Positions 37,001-50,000 of a stretch of 64,000 nt of DNA are shown piece after piece (position 1 is the first letter of the stretch; each line of letters begins with the position of its first letter). The position numbers and the translations under genes are program-made. This stretch comes from Balanoglossus misakiensis (Eukaryota; Animalia; Hemichordata), in the NCBI GenBank assembly GCA_040954595.2, contig CM082581.2, positions 3,216,699 through 3,280,698 of the forward strand, read 5' to 3'. Below the pieces are notes generated by a model. It was not told the origin of the DNA and did no database searches. It was given only the letters and a program-made list of their open reading frames with translations.

Positions 37001-40000
37001 AAAATCACTCTTTGGGTGGTGAAGTCGAGGTTTGTTGCTGTCTAGAATCTATGGTTTGATAATTTTCAAGCAAAAGTGCCAGCTTATCTCAATTTGGGTA
37101 TCAAGTCATTCACACTACGTAAATCCTGATGTCATAACTGTGAGGCAAGTGCTTCTGTTAACCTCCTCTCACTCAGTACACTCACTTCCCTCATACTGAA
37201 ATTGCAGCAGTACAATCAATGGCCTTCTGTAACAATCATGTCAAATCCACAAAAGCCATTTGTATCAATCAAATTTACCTTATCAGCGCCAACAGACTGT
37301 AATACCAGAGACACCAGATGTTCTTTGAGAACCATTAACCACTTATTGGTTTGTAGAAGGAAACAGGATCTCCAACACTGATCTCTGAAAAAATCATCAA
37401 GGTATACAAACATTAAAGTGGAACGACACCCTCAATTTTGGGCTTCAAATTACAAACCGGGTGTCAAAAACGGCAACGTTCCGATGGGTTAATTCACTTT
37501 CACTTCCTGCGCAAGCAGAAGACGCGCGTTGAAAATACTACAGTGACGTCAGCAACTTACACGTTCGACGTGTCATTTCCAATAAACAGACACATTTTGC
37601 GCGGATCTGACATGGCGAAATGTCAAGTTCATGATTTTAAAAACATATTCGGAAAATCGACGGGGATAAGTTTCTTTCAAAGGCAATGCTCTTCGTGTAT
37701 TGTATTTGTCGATGCGTGCAGACATAGGCCCTGCAATGTCCATGATGCCATGCATGTCGACGTTTATGAACAAACCGTAAGGCCTATACAAAGTTGTTCT
37801 AACTGCCGCTGATAATAATAAACGTACCGTTTTAAATCCTTCCTGCACGTTTTTTGGTACACGTATTTGGGTTTAATTTCCATTTATTGACGATCGCATA
37901 GTTATCAAATGAAAGCAACTAAAAAGGGCAGTTTTAATACATTTCAAGAGACGAAACATGCATACAATAACTATAGTATTGGCTTCCATTATACTACGGA
38001 CGTACTACACCTGGAGAGCAGGACGATGCACCTGCGTTCTTTTCAACTCCATAAAAGGTGACTAAGTATTTTTGTAAGAAAAGTGGTTCGAAAAGGTGAC
38101 AACGAGGGAGAGACAACGAGGGAGGGTATTGTTTAATTGCAGCATTGTCTGTTTCACCATAGACTCTAGGGTCTATGGTTTCACTGAAACCACACCAAGT
38201 GTAAGCCTTGACAAACGGGACACATCGGAGATCAGAACTGCATGAACTTTTGTCCTCTGTAAAATTCAGTCGCTTGGTCGTAGAAGGGAATCTCTGGTTC
38301 AAAATTGTAGCCTACTACCCGAGAATATGTTGCCATGCTAACGTCGTCGGTCGCGTGAGTGCAGGCGTGTATAAGCATAAGCTCGCTCCAACGAGTTGCT
38401 GACGTCACTCACTTCCGGGTTCGCGCAGTTTTTGGCTGGCTGTAGCTCTGTTATGCGTAAGTGAAAGTGAATGAAACCAACGTTTTTCATAGTACTTTTT
38501 AATCGCATTTCGCAGAATTGGCTCAAAAACGGATCACAACGTTCCACTTTAAGTTCCCAATATCCTAGGAAGAGTACTTAGAGAAGTGGGAATAATAGAA
38601 TCTCACACTCCCAAGGACCTGGGATCGTATTTCTCACACGAGTTGGGGATATTCTGTCCCACACTCGCCTGCGGCTCATGTGGGACAGAATATCCCCAAC
38701 GAGTCCCAGCTGGGTCTTACAATTCCATTCAATGCAACTTTGTGCATGTGTTTGTGATTTCACACGGCTGGTGACTTACTTTGGTAAAATGAATGTAGCC
38801 CAGTCTGCATCCAATCGATTCAGTCTGTAAGCTAAACTCAACATCATAAGATCTACTTCACCAGAATTCTGTAAGTAAAGCATATATTTGTTTGAACCTT
38901 CTTCAATATTCAACATGTAAATGTTAAAGAAATTAAATATTTGTATCAAGATGGTTTGGATAAAGGAATAATGTGAATTACACTTGATCACACGGTCTAC
39001 TGTCAACTTTGCTAAAAACAAAAATAATGTCAATGACACTGCAACTCCCATTTGTAAAATTATACTGTCTATCATTTCTCCAGCTACCCTTACTTTACAA
39101 ACAAACATGTAAACATAACTACTGACAGACAGACAGACAAATAGACAGATACAGGCTGGCAGATAAACAGACGGAACTGATCCTACATGTAGGTCCCAAT
39201 GGGTAAATATACCGGGCACATATACCTAATGGGACCTAAAAATCAGCTAAACTGAACTTCCCATTTAACTGTTCCATCAATATATCAAGTTGTAAATATC
39301 TCTACTTACCGTCTCTTCAGCAGACATTTCACATAACTGTTTGACATCATCCATCAGTAAATGATAAAACGCCTTGGCAGCAAGATGTACCACATTAAAA
39401 TATCTGGAATAGGACAAATAATATGATAAATTTTTTACAACCAATAGAGTAAATACCCCTTCTTCATAAAGAGGGCGCCCTCCCAAAATATGACGTCATC
39501 TCCAAGTCAACGACATGAAAACAAAGCCAGAAAGTCACGGAGTACTGCTCGAGCTTGTCTGGTTTGTTCTATATATGATACAATTTGCGTGTAAAAATTA
39601 CCTTACAAAAAAATCTGACTGTTGAATGTCTTTCAGATATACACACAGATGATAACGTTTTTACTCCGTGGCTTTCTGGAAAATGTAGTCTTACACTAAA
39701 AATGGCAAAAAAACTTCTGACAAAGATCTGGTTGTGAGACCACTAGCATTATCATGTTAATTACCGGGGGGTAGGTGCTGATTTGACGACAAAAATTCAT
39801 ATGTCAACAATAACAATGGCAGTTATATATACACACATTCCATGTTGACAAGCTGAGTACTGAGCATATTAGCACGCTGTTTGGAGCAGAAAGAGAAATT
39901 GTTTTTGCTACCCAGAACAAAAATACTGGAGGGAAATGAATCCTAAAGATACAGCTAATGTCCCTAGTACTCCGGGAGAAGTTATTTGATGATGGATAAA

Positions 40001-40969
40001 GACATAACGATGGACAATCAACCTATCTGATAAATTCCACATCAATGTCTGAAGAGCTAAAAATCCTATCCAGAGTGCTAATGGAAGAAAAACCTATACA
40101 CCAAATACCAAGGTGATTCAGATTTGTGAAGTGCACATAGGTGGACACATACAAACAAGGTTCTGTACATGTGTATATGGATTAACGCACTCACAAAGCA
40201 AAGAAAAATAAGATAATATGAACTTACGGCATGAAGACATCCATGTAATATTGTCTGTAATTGTTTACTTCATCACGAATATTGAAAAGAAGAATGTTCA
40301 GCTAAAAAAAATGATTAATGATAATGTAAAACATATTTTAGAGTGAACTTTAATATGCAGAAAAATGTACTATGTAGATGTACATATTACTGTAAACCTG
40401 AAAATTTTCGCAAACAATTTTTTGTGTGAACTTCAATACAACAATAATTAGTCGTGGGAATTTCTAATAACAATGATACAAATCACCGTGTAATAGTCAC
40501 AGCACTTTAAAGCCCCATGAGCTGCAACTGAATAAAAAATTAAGTTTTAAATAATCTCGGATATGCTTTTAATTCTGTCTATTAAATGATAGAGCTTGAT
40601 ATTATACACTTATTATGACAAAATGGCCCCAAAATTAAAGAAATATCAGTAGTCAAAAATTCTCGCAATTTTAAGAAAAGTGAAATATTACAATGAAAAA
40701 TGAAAATGTAATGTCTCAGTGGAGTGCTTTGTTTATGAAGTTTCATTGTGGGAAATGCAATATTTTCATTGAATTGTGCATTTTCCCACGGTGGCGGCCA
40801 TATTCCTTTGCGGCAAAGCTTTATTATTTATCTGGCTAAACTTGCATACTTGTATATATACTTCTGTGCATAAATCCTTATGGTCTAAAGGAAGTATAGT
40901 TTGAAAAAAAAATTATGATAATTATCCGAAAAGTTGCAGCTCATGTGCCCGTAACAACTAACGCGTGCC

Positions 40970-41000
<31 letters not shown>

Positions 41001-44000
41001 ACATTTTGCAGCATATAAGATAAGCTCAAACAATTTATATGTGGCCAAACAGGAGGGAAATTAGAATTGATTTTGGCAAGACAGCTAGGATGGGAACTTA
41101 CCAGTCTTGGTGACAGTTGTGTGATAAAGGCATTTAGATTCAGTTCTGTTGTTGCAATCAATTTGTGTCTTTCATAAGCTAAAGTGAAGCTCTCCTGGAT
41201 AAGAAAACATTGACACAGTCCATCAATATAATCATAACTAAAGGCATGGTTAAGTGGGAACGCTCAGTAGGGTCCTACAGAGCAAAATTGATTCAAAGTG
41301 GACTTGCGATGACCTAACATCATCACAAATTATTGTTCCATTTGTGAACAAAAAGTAGCCAGGCACAACAACTGACCTCTCCCCTCCAAAATACACTCAT
41401 GAAATAAATATAAACATACAACACTGCGAAATTAACACTGCACATGTTATTTACATGTACCAGCTGTTTCTCAGTATATCTGTAAACCGCTTGCAACCCC
41501 CTCCAAGTTTTGTCTTGAATGTGAACTGTTTTCCGAACTCGCACTGACAGTTGATGGTCGTTTATAAACCACGAGGATGTCACTGGGTGATCGACTTACG
41601 TTTCACATCACCATTTCGACAAGCAACTGGAATTCACTGCTTTTACAAACTAATGCTTACAATTGTGAATAACACAATTCAAACAACCATCTTCAGCACA
41701 CCTACTGATAAGCACACCTATCTACTTCCATCCTACTTGGCCGAAACTTACATACAAAAGAACCATTGGCTAACAAGATTTATCCTGTACACCCCAGTAC
41801 CACTAACAGCTGTAATATGTATCATCATTGGTATGACCTGGTACATTGCGAATGTCGCATTATGAAATGGTATTGTGCATATATGCTCAGGTAAACAGTA
41901 TATGCCATTGATTAAACACTTTAGTGGAAAAAAATATGATTCAATTATTTGTACCTGCATATACTGCTTTAAGCAGTGTTCAGTTTGTTGTTTTTTCCCT
42001 GACAGGAGACCTTTTAAAAGTAGCACACTGCATAGAAGACTTATCAAGGATTCTGTGAAAAGATCAGATGGATTACTTCACTTACTTTATATTAACCACT
42101 TTTACCAGATATGTTGGTTTTTGCTTTAAGCTAAAATACGATGCACCATGCACCATTAGACTGAAAGTGAAGGTAGTAATTGTGATAATGATAATAGCTT
42201 TTTGTCTCACCTAATCCTCCTTCAGGTTGGTTGTCAGGAAACAGTCGTTTAATTCTTGTCAAAGAATTACCACACTGGCCATGCAATAAAGTTATTGTCT
42301 GTTGAATTGTCTCAAACTGCAAAAAAAGACAGCAAATTTTAAGTACAAGTAGATAATGCATTTTGCAAGGTTGATGTTCTTCAATTTCGTCAAACAGGTA
42401 TATTAAATGCAACAGCAACACAATCACATTCGCACTATTTTTTGGCGATCAGTGAACCATTTCCACCAAGATGCACTTCTCAGAATGTGGGTCAGTATAG
42501 GACCGATGTAAAACATAAATTTTGGCAAAAATTAAACTTTTCATGTAACTCCCCTTAATTTAACCAAAATATGCATGTAAATATGTAATCAACATGTCTG
42601 GTTGTGGATATTAATATATTTCCTCTTTTGGTTTCATCACAACTAATAGCACATTGACTGTGTCACTCACGCTAAAACGGTATTGAATTTGAGTACATAG
42701 CCACACAATCAACCGTATATTATTACTACATGCTACCTGCAAAATAAAACTTTTCTTAATCTTTGTATTATTTAACAATATTTGCATGATAAATAAAACT
42801 TAATATTTAAATTAATTCTTCTACTTCTGGTCTGGAGAAGTCGAGGTAGCAAGCTCAATTTCACACTTACCTCATTTCTTGTCATAATGAGTTTTCCTCC
42901 CATGTGATGGGGACTAACCAAGCTGAATATCTGAGTCACAATCTTTGTGATGTGCTTGATAAGACCAACTTCATTTTCAAAATTACTATCAAAAAAAGAT
43001 TTTTAAAAATCATCTTAATCAGTGCCATATATGATATTTTCATAACAAGGAATATCATTTCAATTGATTAATCTCGTGTTCATTTTTGATACCCACATTG
43101 TAATACTCAGTTAAAGGGACAAAGTCTCTCTCGCTGCCCCTTTTCCATTAACTATGTTTGATACAAGACACAGTTGATGCTATTCTACACGTGGATATAT
43201 AGTGAATCAACGTTCGACCACACACAACTTCCATCCCGTCTGTAGGATATGAGAGTAAAAATCTCGCCTAAATGAAGAAATGGTAGAGACCGATTATTCA
43301 TTTTGGCGAGTTTTTCACTCTCGTGTCTACAAGTTGTGTGTGGTCGAACATTGATTCACTATATATCCACATGTAGAATAACATAAATGGTATCTTGTAG
43401 CAAACATAACTAATTGAAAAGGGGTAGCAAGAGAGAGACTTTGTATCTTTAAGCAAAGTGCCTTATAAGTCAAAATACTCGGCTGGGGTTTCATGTAAAT
43501 TTGAAATATTTGTAACTTCTTTATCTGTAACATGAAACTGTGTCACTATAAAATATTATCTATATAGATGCTCTTGTAGATGTGCAGCATCATGTTGGAA
43601 ATAAAAGAATGTCGTTAATAAGTGAAATCTTGACTAACCTTGCTAAGTATTCTAGATATACAGCCTTCCGGTACAGCTCCCCCTGTAGTTAATATAATAT
43701 CAAATGTCATCAAGGTTAAAAGTCATCATCATTATAATTTCTCACAATCAAATCAATGATGAGAAGTAAATTACACTAAGGAAGCCCGGCTACAAGGGAT
43801 TAGACTCTCTCAAGACTCACAGCCCACGGTTCGCTACAAGGCTCTTCACTGACGTGCCCTCAACCATTTAGCAAAGGAGAAGCCCCATATGGTGTTGTGT
43901 ACACATGCAATCAGACCATAAGCCTGCATGGACAGCGAGAGGGGCTGTGAGAGAGTCTAACAGACTGCAGTTGATGATATACTTTACACTACATTCCTTG

Positions 44001-47000
44001 CTCTTATTTAAGATGCTAAGGCATGCACATTAATTGTTCCACTTGCAAACATACATGTATGCCAACTCAGTTGCAACGGTGTAAACTCTCTATACATCCA
44101 TAACTTCTGGTATTTACAAAACCATTTATCAAGGTTGTATTTACAGCATGGAACTCTAGGGATTGATACAGTTAACAGTTAAAGTCCTCATTAGCATATG
44201 AAGAGCAACATATATAACATCTCATACAAGGAAAGGATTCAAAAATACCCGTTAACCCTATTGCTACCGGGTGTCATAACCCGTTAGAGTCTCAAGTCCA
44301 TATAGATACGTATCATCACTTGAATACGTATTTAGACAGTGTTGGTTTCTTTGATTAGCTGCCATGTGTGTATTTAGACAGGGTCGTTTGCCTCAATCTA
44401 GCTGTATCCACTGTTTATGATCATCTTGGCCTGATCAAATTACCCAGCAGAGGCGGTTTAGTATGTACTCAGCTGTTCAAATATTTGACATTACACAGTC
44501 TGATACCAATTCATTTCTCCACAGTCAAGTATGCCCGGGATTCTAGGGGGGTAGGAAAATAACTACGTTTCCTACTGACTTGGCACTGTTAGGGTTAAAG
44601 TCATTTTATAAGTCACACCCTTTCTTTGAAAGACTTGTTTGAGAGGAGATTTTCAGAAAATGAATACAACAGAACATTGGTATTATAAGTTGCACCCCCT
44701 TTTTGGCACACACTGTCACTCAAAAAAGGCGCGTCTTATAAAATGACTTTAACAGTACCATGTCTCATCTACCAACTTAATCTCCCTCAAAAACAATTAA
44801 CAGAGGGAGGTATATAATAATAGGACTGTGCACAAAATACGGCCCTATATGGACTCGGGTTTAGTGAGTGATATATTGGACTTGTCTGCATCTCGTCCAA
44901 TACACATCACTCACTGAGCCCTCAATCCACACACGGACGAATTTTGTGAATAACCCTATAATATTGAGAACAATCTCAAAAACTGTCTCACCACTCCATA
45001 TCGCAGTCCAAATTCTCCGAGAAGTCGCTTAGAAGATGATGACAGTGGTATGAAAAACACAGAGTTTCTCTTCAATGAACTCTCAAATCTAAAAAGAAAA
45101 TGAAAGAATATGGTTGTAAACATTAAAGGGATTAAAGTTTTTTTGACAGCCGCTCAACGTTCTGTCGTAGTGTTACAATTTTCTTTCTGCCATTTTCAGT
45201 GGACAGCACATGCAACATTATCCTGTTCTCAATTCACATACCTGATTAGCCTATTCATGAGTGAAATGTATTCTTCATGTCTGTTAAACCAATAACCAGG
45301 TTTTGATATGGTGTTGGTTGGAGCAGGAAGAGACAAATGCCAGAATTTATTGATAAGTTCACTGATTTGACTTCTTTCCATCTGTTGCCATTGGTCATAA
45401 GAATTACGACTCTGTGTGCACAAAGAAAATAATATTAAACATGACGTTTTGCAATCTTTGATGGAGTGGAGGGGAAGTTGCCATAATCCCCATTACTTTC
45501 TGTGGTCGCTTGAATTATTTTATAAAAGATTTCTAAAATTTGTTTGGCCTTAAATTTCAAATTATAAAATGAAGCATAGGGCATCTATGAATAAGTCATT
45601 TCACAGCTACCCAGAACTATTCCCAAGTACATTACATGTATATATTCAGAGTGAGTTGAAAATGCTGACTGCAGAGTTGCGTACTGCAAGTGTCCGAGTT
45701 GAAAATGTGACTTTGAAAGTTCCAAACACAACATGAAGTCCAAAATGAGAGGTCATGAGTTGAAAATGGGGCCTGAATTTTGGCCCTGACTACACTCCAT
45801 AAAGCATGTATTCCTTGGTATTTACTGTTTGGATGCAATAGCAGCATGATGAAATTGTACATTGAATTTTGTTAAATGAAGTTGTCACTGCCACAAATAT
45901 GCTAATGAGCTAGAAAATACCAAATGGTCAAAACTCAACAAAATCAAGAGTGCTTTGAAAATTGGTGCAAATATGTAAGAAGTAGACTTTTGTAGATTTG
46001 TTCATTTTCTTCAGATAACAAAAATTTTCTATTTCTGTCACATTCCACTTCAGTCTGGGTGAGCCATCTTTTGTGAATCCTCGAGGCGGTTCGTGTACCT
46101 ATTGAAAGGAGGGCAGAAAATTCCTTTGGGACAAGGTTAGTATAATTTATGTAAAATTTATGTAAAATAAAATCCTGGGATATCTTACATTGCATAACCT
46201 GTACCTTGGCCCCAACGATAGCCTTAGTTACATAATCTGGTTGGTGTGTTTGTGTGTGTGTTTGGGGGGGGGGACAAAGAAAATTGAAAGTTATGGGGAA
46301 GATTGATTGTGTGGCGCCTGAACAGATCGTGCCACGCACAGTAAACACAAGGTCAACATCTGTTGTCATAGACCACTTCACAGATAGGGTATCTGCAATG
46401 CATGATGGTATAATTTGCGTTCAACATAGCGTATAGTACATGGCTAACGCACGCGCTCAGAACTCAAACTGTCCCACAACACCTTGCGTTATTCTATCCG
46501 CAAAGTGGTCCATGTCTCTGGGGAAGGCCAAGGTGACGATTCTGTTAGAACTCTACTGTACTGCTGCTACTATATCCTTGGGCGCAGTCTGGAGTAAAAG
46601 TGTCCACACCGCATCACTTGTGAAAACAACTTCCCCACAGCACACATCCCATGCAAAGGTCATGGTGTTCTGTCCAATTATGATCCCCTTAGAATGTGTT
46701 ATAACTTACAAGGAATGCTTGTGGACTGTAAAACGGATGTCTGTTATTCTCCAATACAGCTAGCTGGCTGACTAACTCCTCGACAAGAAGCTGTTAAAAA
46801 AAGAGTAAGAATTATGAATAAATATAAATATTATTATGTTATGAGTGGAACAATAGACAGATTCGGCTACTCATTTTACGTGAACATGTAGAATGGCCCC
46901 TGTTAACAAAAGGCACATATCTGAGACATTTCAGGACCACTTTAACAATTCACACATAATAATTTATGCCAGTATACAACCTGAGATGTTTCAGAAACGT

Positions 47001-50000
47001 TTTAATGGTCCTGAATGAACCCCAAGAGAATATCTCCAGACTATACTGATGCAATTGTTGGAGTCAGATTTAATTTTCACGACTTATTTGTTTACACTTT
47101 ATAAACAGTAGCATTCACTTCATACCAATGTTTTTGTCTACATAAACAACAGCAAAGCTTCAGAAACAATAACATAGCGCCAAGGACTCTGTGGTCTCAT
47201 TTGGGGATTAGAAGGAAATAGGCACATGTACATGTATACACCAGAATAAAAATCACAGGTGACATTGGCAAGTAGATATGACCTAATTTATAAAAATATG
47301 AAAATGTAAAAACATTACCTTGGAACATGCCCAATAAAATGTCATGTGTCATGGCAATCTTACAAGCGACGCTAGAAAAATAGCTTTTTGACCAAAAATT
47401 GTATGTACAAACACATATGACATAAAAGTCATCTATAATTACCTTGGAAGGTTGTTTGCGACCACACCCTTCAAAGATGATATCACTGTAATATTGATGT
47501 CTTTCTGGTGTCAGCCCAAATGCTTGTCGTACCAGTTCAAGTAAAGTTTCTGATTGTACGGGAGAGGTGCAACTATTAGAGTCAGTGTCAGTCTCAGAAT
47601 CTCCGTCTTCATATGATGTTGACTGTGATGGAGACTTCCTGTATGCATTGGTATGTTTTGTCAATGGTGTACTGGTTGGGGTCATTCCAGATGGTGGTTC
47701 TGGCGCTCCAAGCACTGGATGATCAGCACATAAGAATGCATGCTTGTACACTGCAAACTCCTGAGAGGGAAAATGTAAACAAATTCGTTGGTAATGGTTA
47801 GCAAGTGAATATGTATATTTTACACCCTACATGTATCTACATCAACAACCTTGTCATCTTTTCTGTCAATTTTTCCATATTATAGTCCTCTTGTCCTACA
47901 CTCTACCACTGGTATGCACCACATATACAAGTTTTGCCATAAAATATAAGTCCATTGTATCAAGATTGGAAACTTTTTATATTTTTTTTTAAATTGTGAA
48001 AATAATGCATCCCACTATATAAATTTTACAATTAAATGTTATGTTCGGCCATTTCTATTCCATTTATCTGATATAGGGTCCTTTCCTTGAAATCAGTATG
48101 GTTGACAGGCTCATTCTGATATCATTTAGTTATTCAATATCTCTGTTTTACCATGTAAATATCATGGCCATAAAGAGTGAGAACAGCTGTAGAATTGTAC
48201 AATCCTTAACCAAACCAAAGTAGTCAGATGGATTTATTTCAATATCACCAACAAAAAAGCAGCAGTTTTGTGTAATGATGACATAAAACTTAAGAGTTCA
48301 AGGAACCATATAAATGAAAATACACATTTTGTTTACAATGCACAATGGACATTGATCCAATAGAGCACCTTTATTGTTCCACTGACACACCCCTTGTTTT
48401 GGCTGAAGTACATGTACTACAAATGGCTGTGATGTCAGATTGTATTGATTGAACAATCACACCTGTTGGGACTATTGGACTGTTGGACTGATACTATTGT
48501 TAGTTATGACCTTGTTGTGTCAGTGGTTTGAGTGTATACTGTAAAACGGGAAATTTTCATGACAGGTAATTTTCGCGATATCAAAAGTGGCAACTGCTAT
48601 GCAACGATTAATTTTTGCGTTCTCATATTTTGCTGTATCATTATCTCTAAAAAACATTTTTACGCGACTTTTTATTTTCACATTTTTTTTTACTTCATGT
48701 AGTTTGCAAAAATATAGCGTTCGCGAAAATTTCCTGTTTTACAATATGTGGTACATTGTACTTGTGAAACATTAAGACATTTAAAGTGACTAATCAGCCT
48801 GTTGTTGCTTGGTGTATTGAACTAGTCACAAAAATCAATATTATCCATCTAAAAATTTACAGTGAAAAATATGAAAGCAGGCCATGGGGAGAAACACTTC
48901 TTTCCTCCATCAAGCCAGAGTAGCAATGACCAAGGTTACTGTTTTTCATTTTTTTATTACCTTATCACTGAGATGCTTTGTCACTGATGAAGTATCCAGT
49001 GCTTGCGAAGCATTTTCTTCTATCCCTGAATCTCTACTATCATTCTGTACAAGACGGATATTTGTCAGGGAAGTCCTAGGTCCTGCTAAACTCATACAAC
49101 ATTTTCTCGCCCTGTTGACAAGGAAAACACTTATGTTAAGGTGGCAACCAACTGTGCCAGAATAAAGATTAGCCAAACATATACGCAGAGAAATAAAGGG
49201 GAATGAGACAATGTTAAAAGAGCTCTCGGTAAACCTGAAATTAATACTTACTCTAAATTCTTGAAATAACCATGGATCCTCTTGACTGTGTTGCCATGTC
49301 TGAAATACACATATCGTGGAGATAGGTAAGGGTGTGAATTTTACAGTGATATATGGTCTCATTGATGATCATCTCAAAAGAATTGTTAAAGCCCCATAAA
49401 GGATGCATGCACTAAAGTACATACGATATTTGTGAATCCTATGTATGAGTGCATATGCAAGTTTTAACCAGACAAATAATAAAGCTTTGCCACAAAGAAC
49501 ATGGCTTACATCAGGTATCCCAATGATTTTTTTAACTTTGCCAAATCATATTTTGTTAGTTTCGTTGAAAAGTACATAGAATTTCATGAAAAATGATACC
49601 TCATTTTTAAAACTTGTCCAAAGATTGAGCAAGATTTGGCCTTTATTTGACCTTTAAGGTCGATCAACGACCTTTTCAAAAATTGCTAAAAAGCAGCATT
49701 TTCACAGCCTCCTAGAATTTTACAAAACATTGTAAACATGTACATTAGACATGACAAAAGTCAGCTGTACTTACACTCAACTGGGATTTGGACTGAACCA
49801 TTCTCTGGTGGTAAGGTTAGCGTTAGGGTTATGACTTTGTTTTTATATAAAACTTGGAAATGACTTTATTTAAAAAAACGAAACTTGACTTAGTCATTTC
49901 TATATACAGTCATAAACCTAATGCTAGCCCTGGCCACCAGAGAATGGTATAGGTGTTGCTTGGTTGGCTGAATCCCGCTGATGCCCCACCTTTGCAGCTC

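Noticed and set aside
46290-46680. GC-richer block with short ORFs in intron 4 as extra exons (possible missing C2 domain)
   Set aside because: Stops in the minus-strand frames I read, no C2 motifs, and exons 4 and 5 already join in phase.
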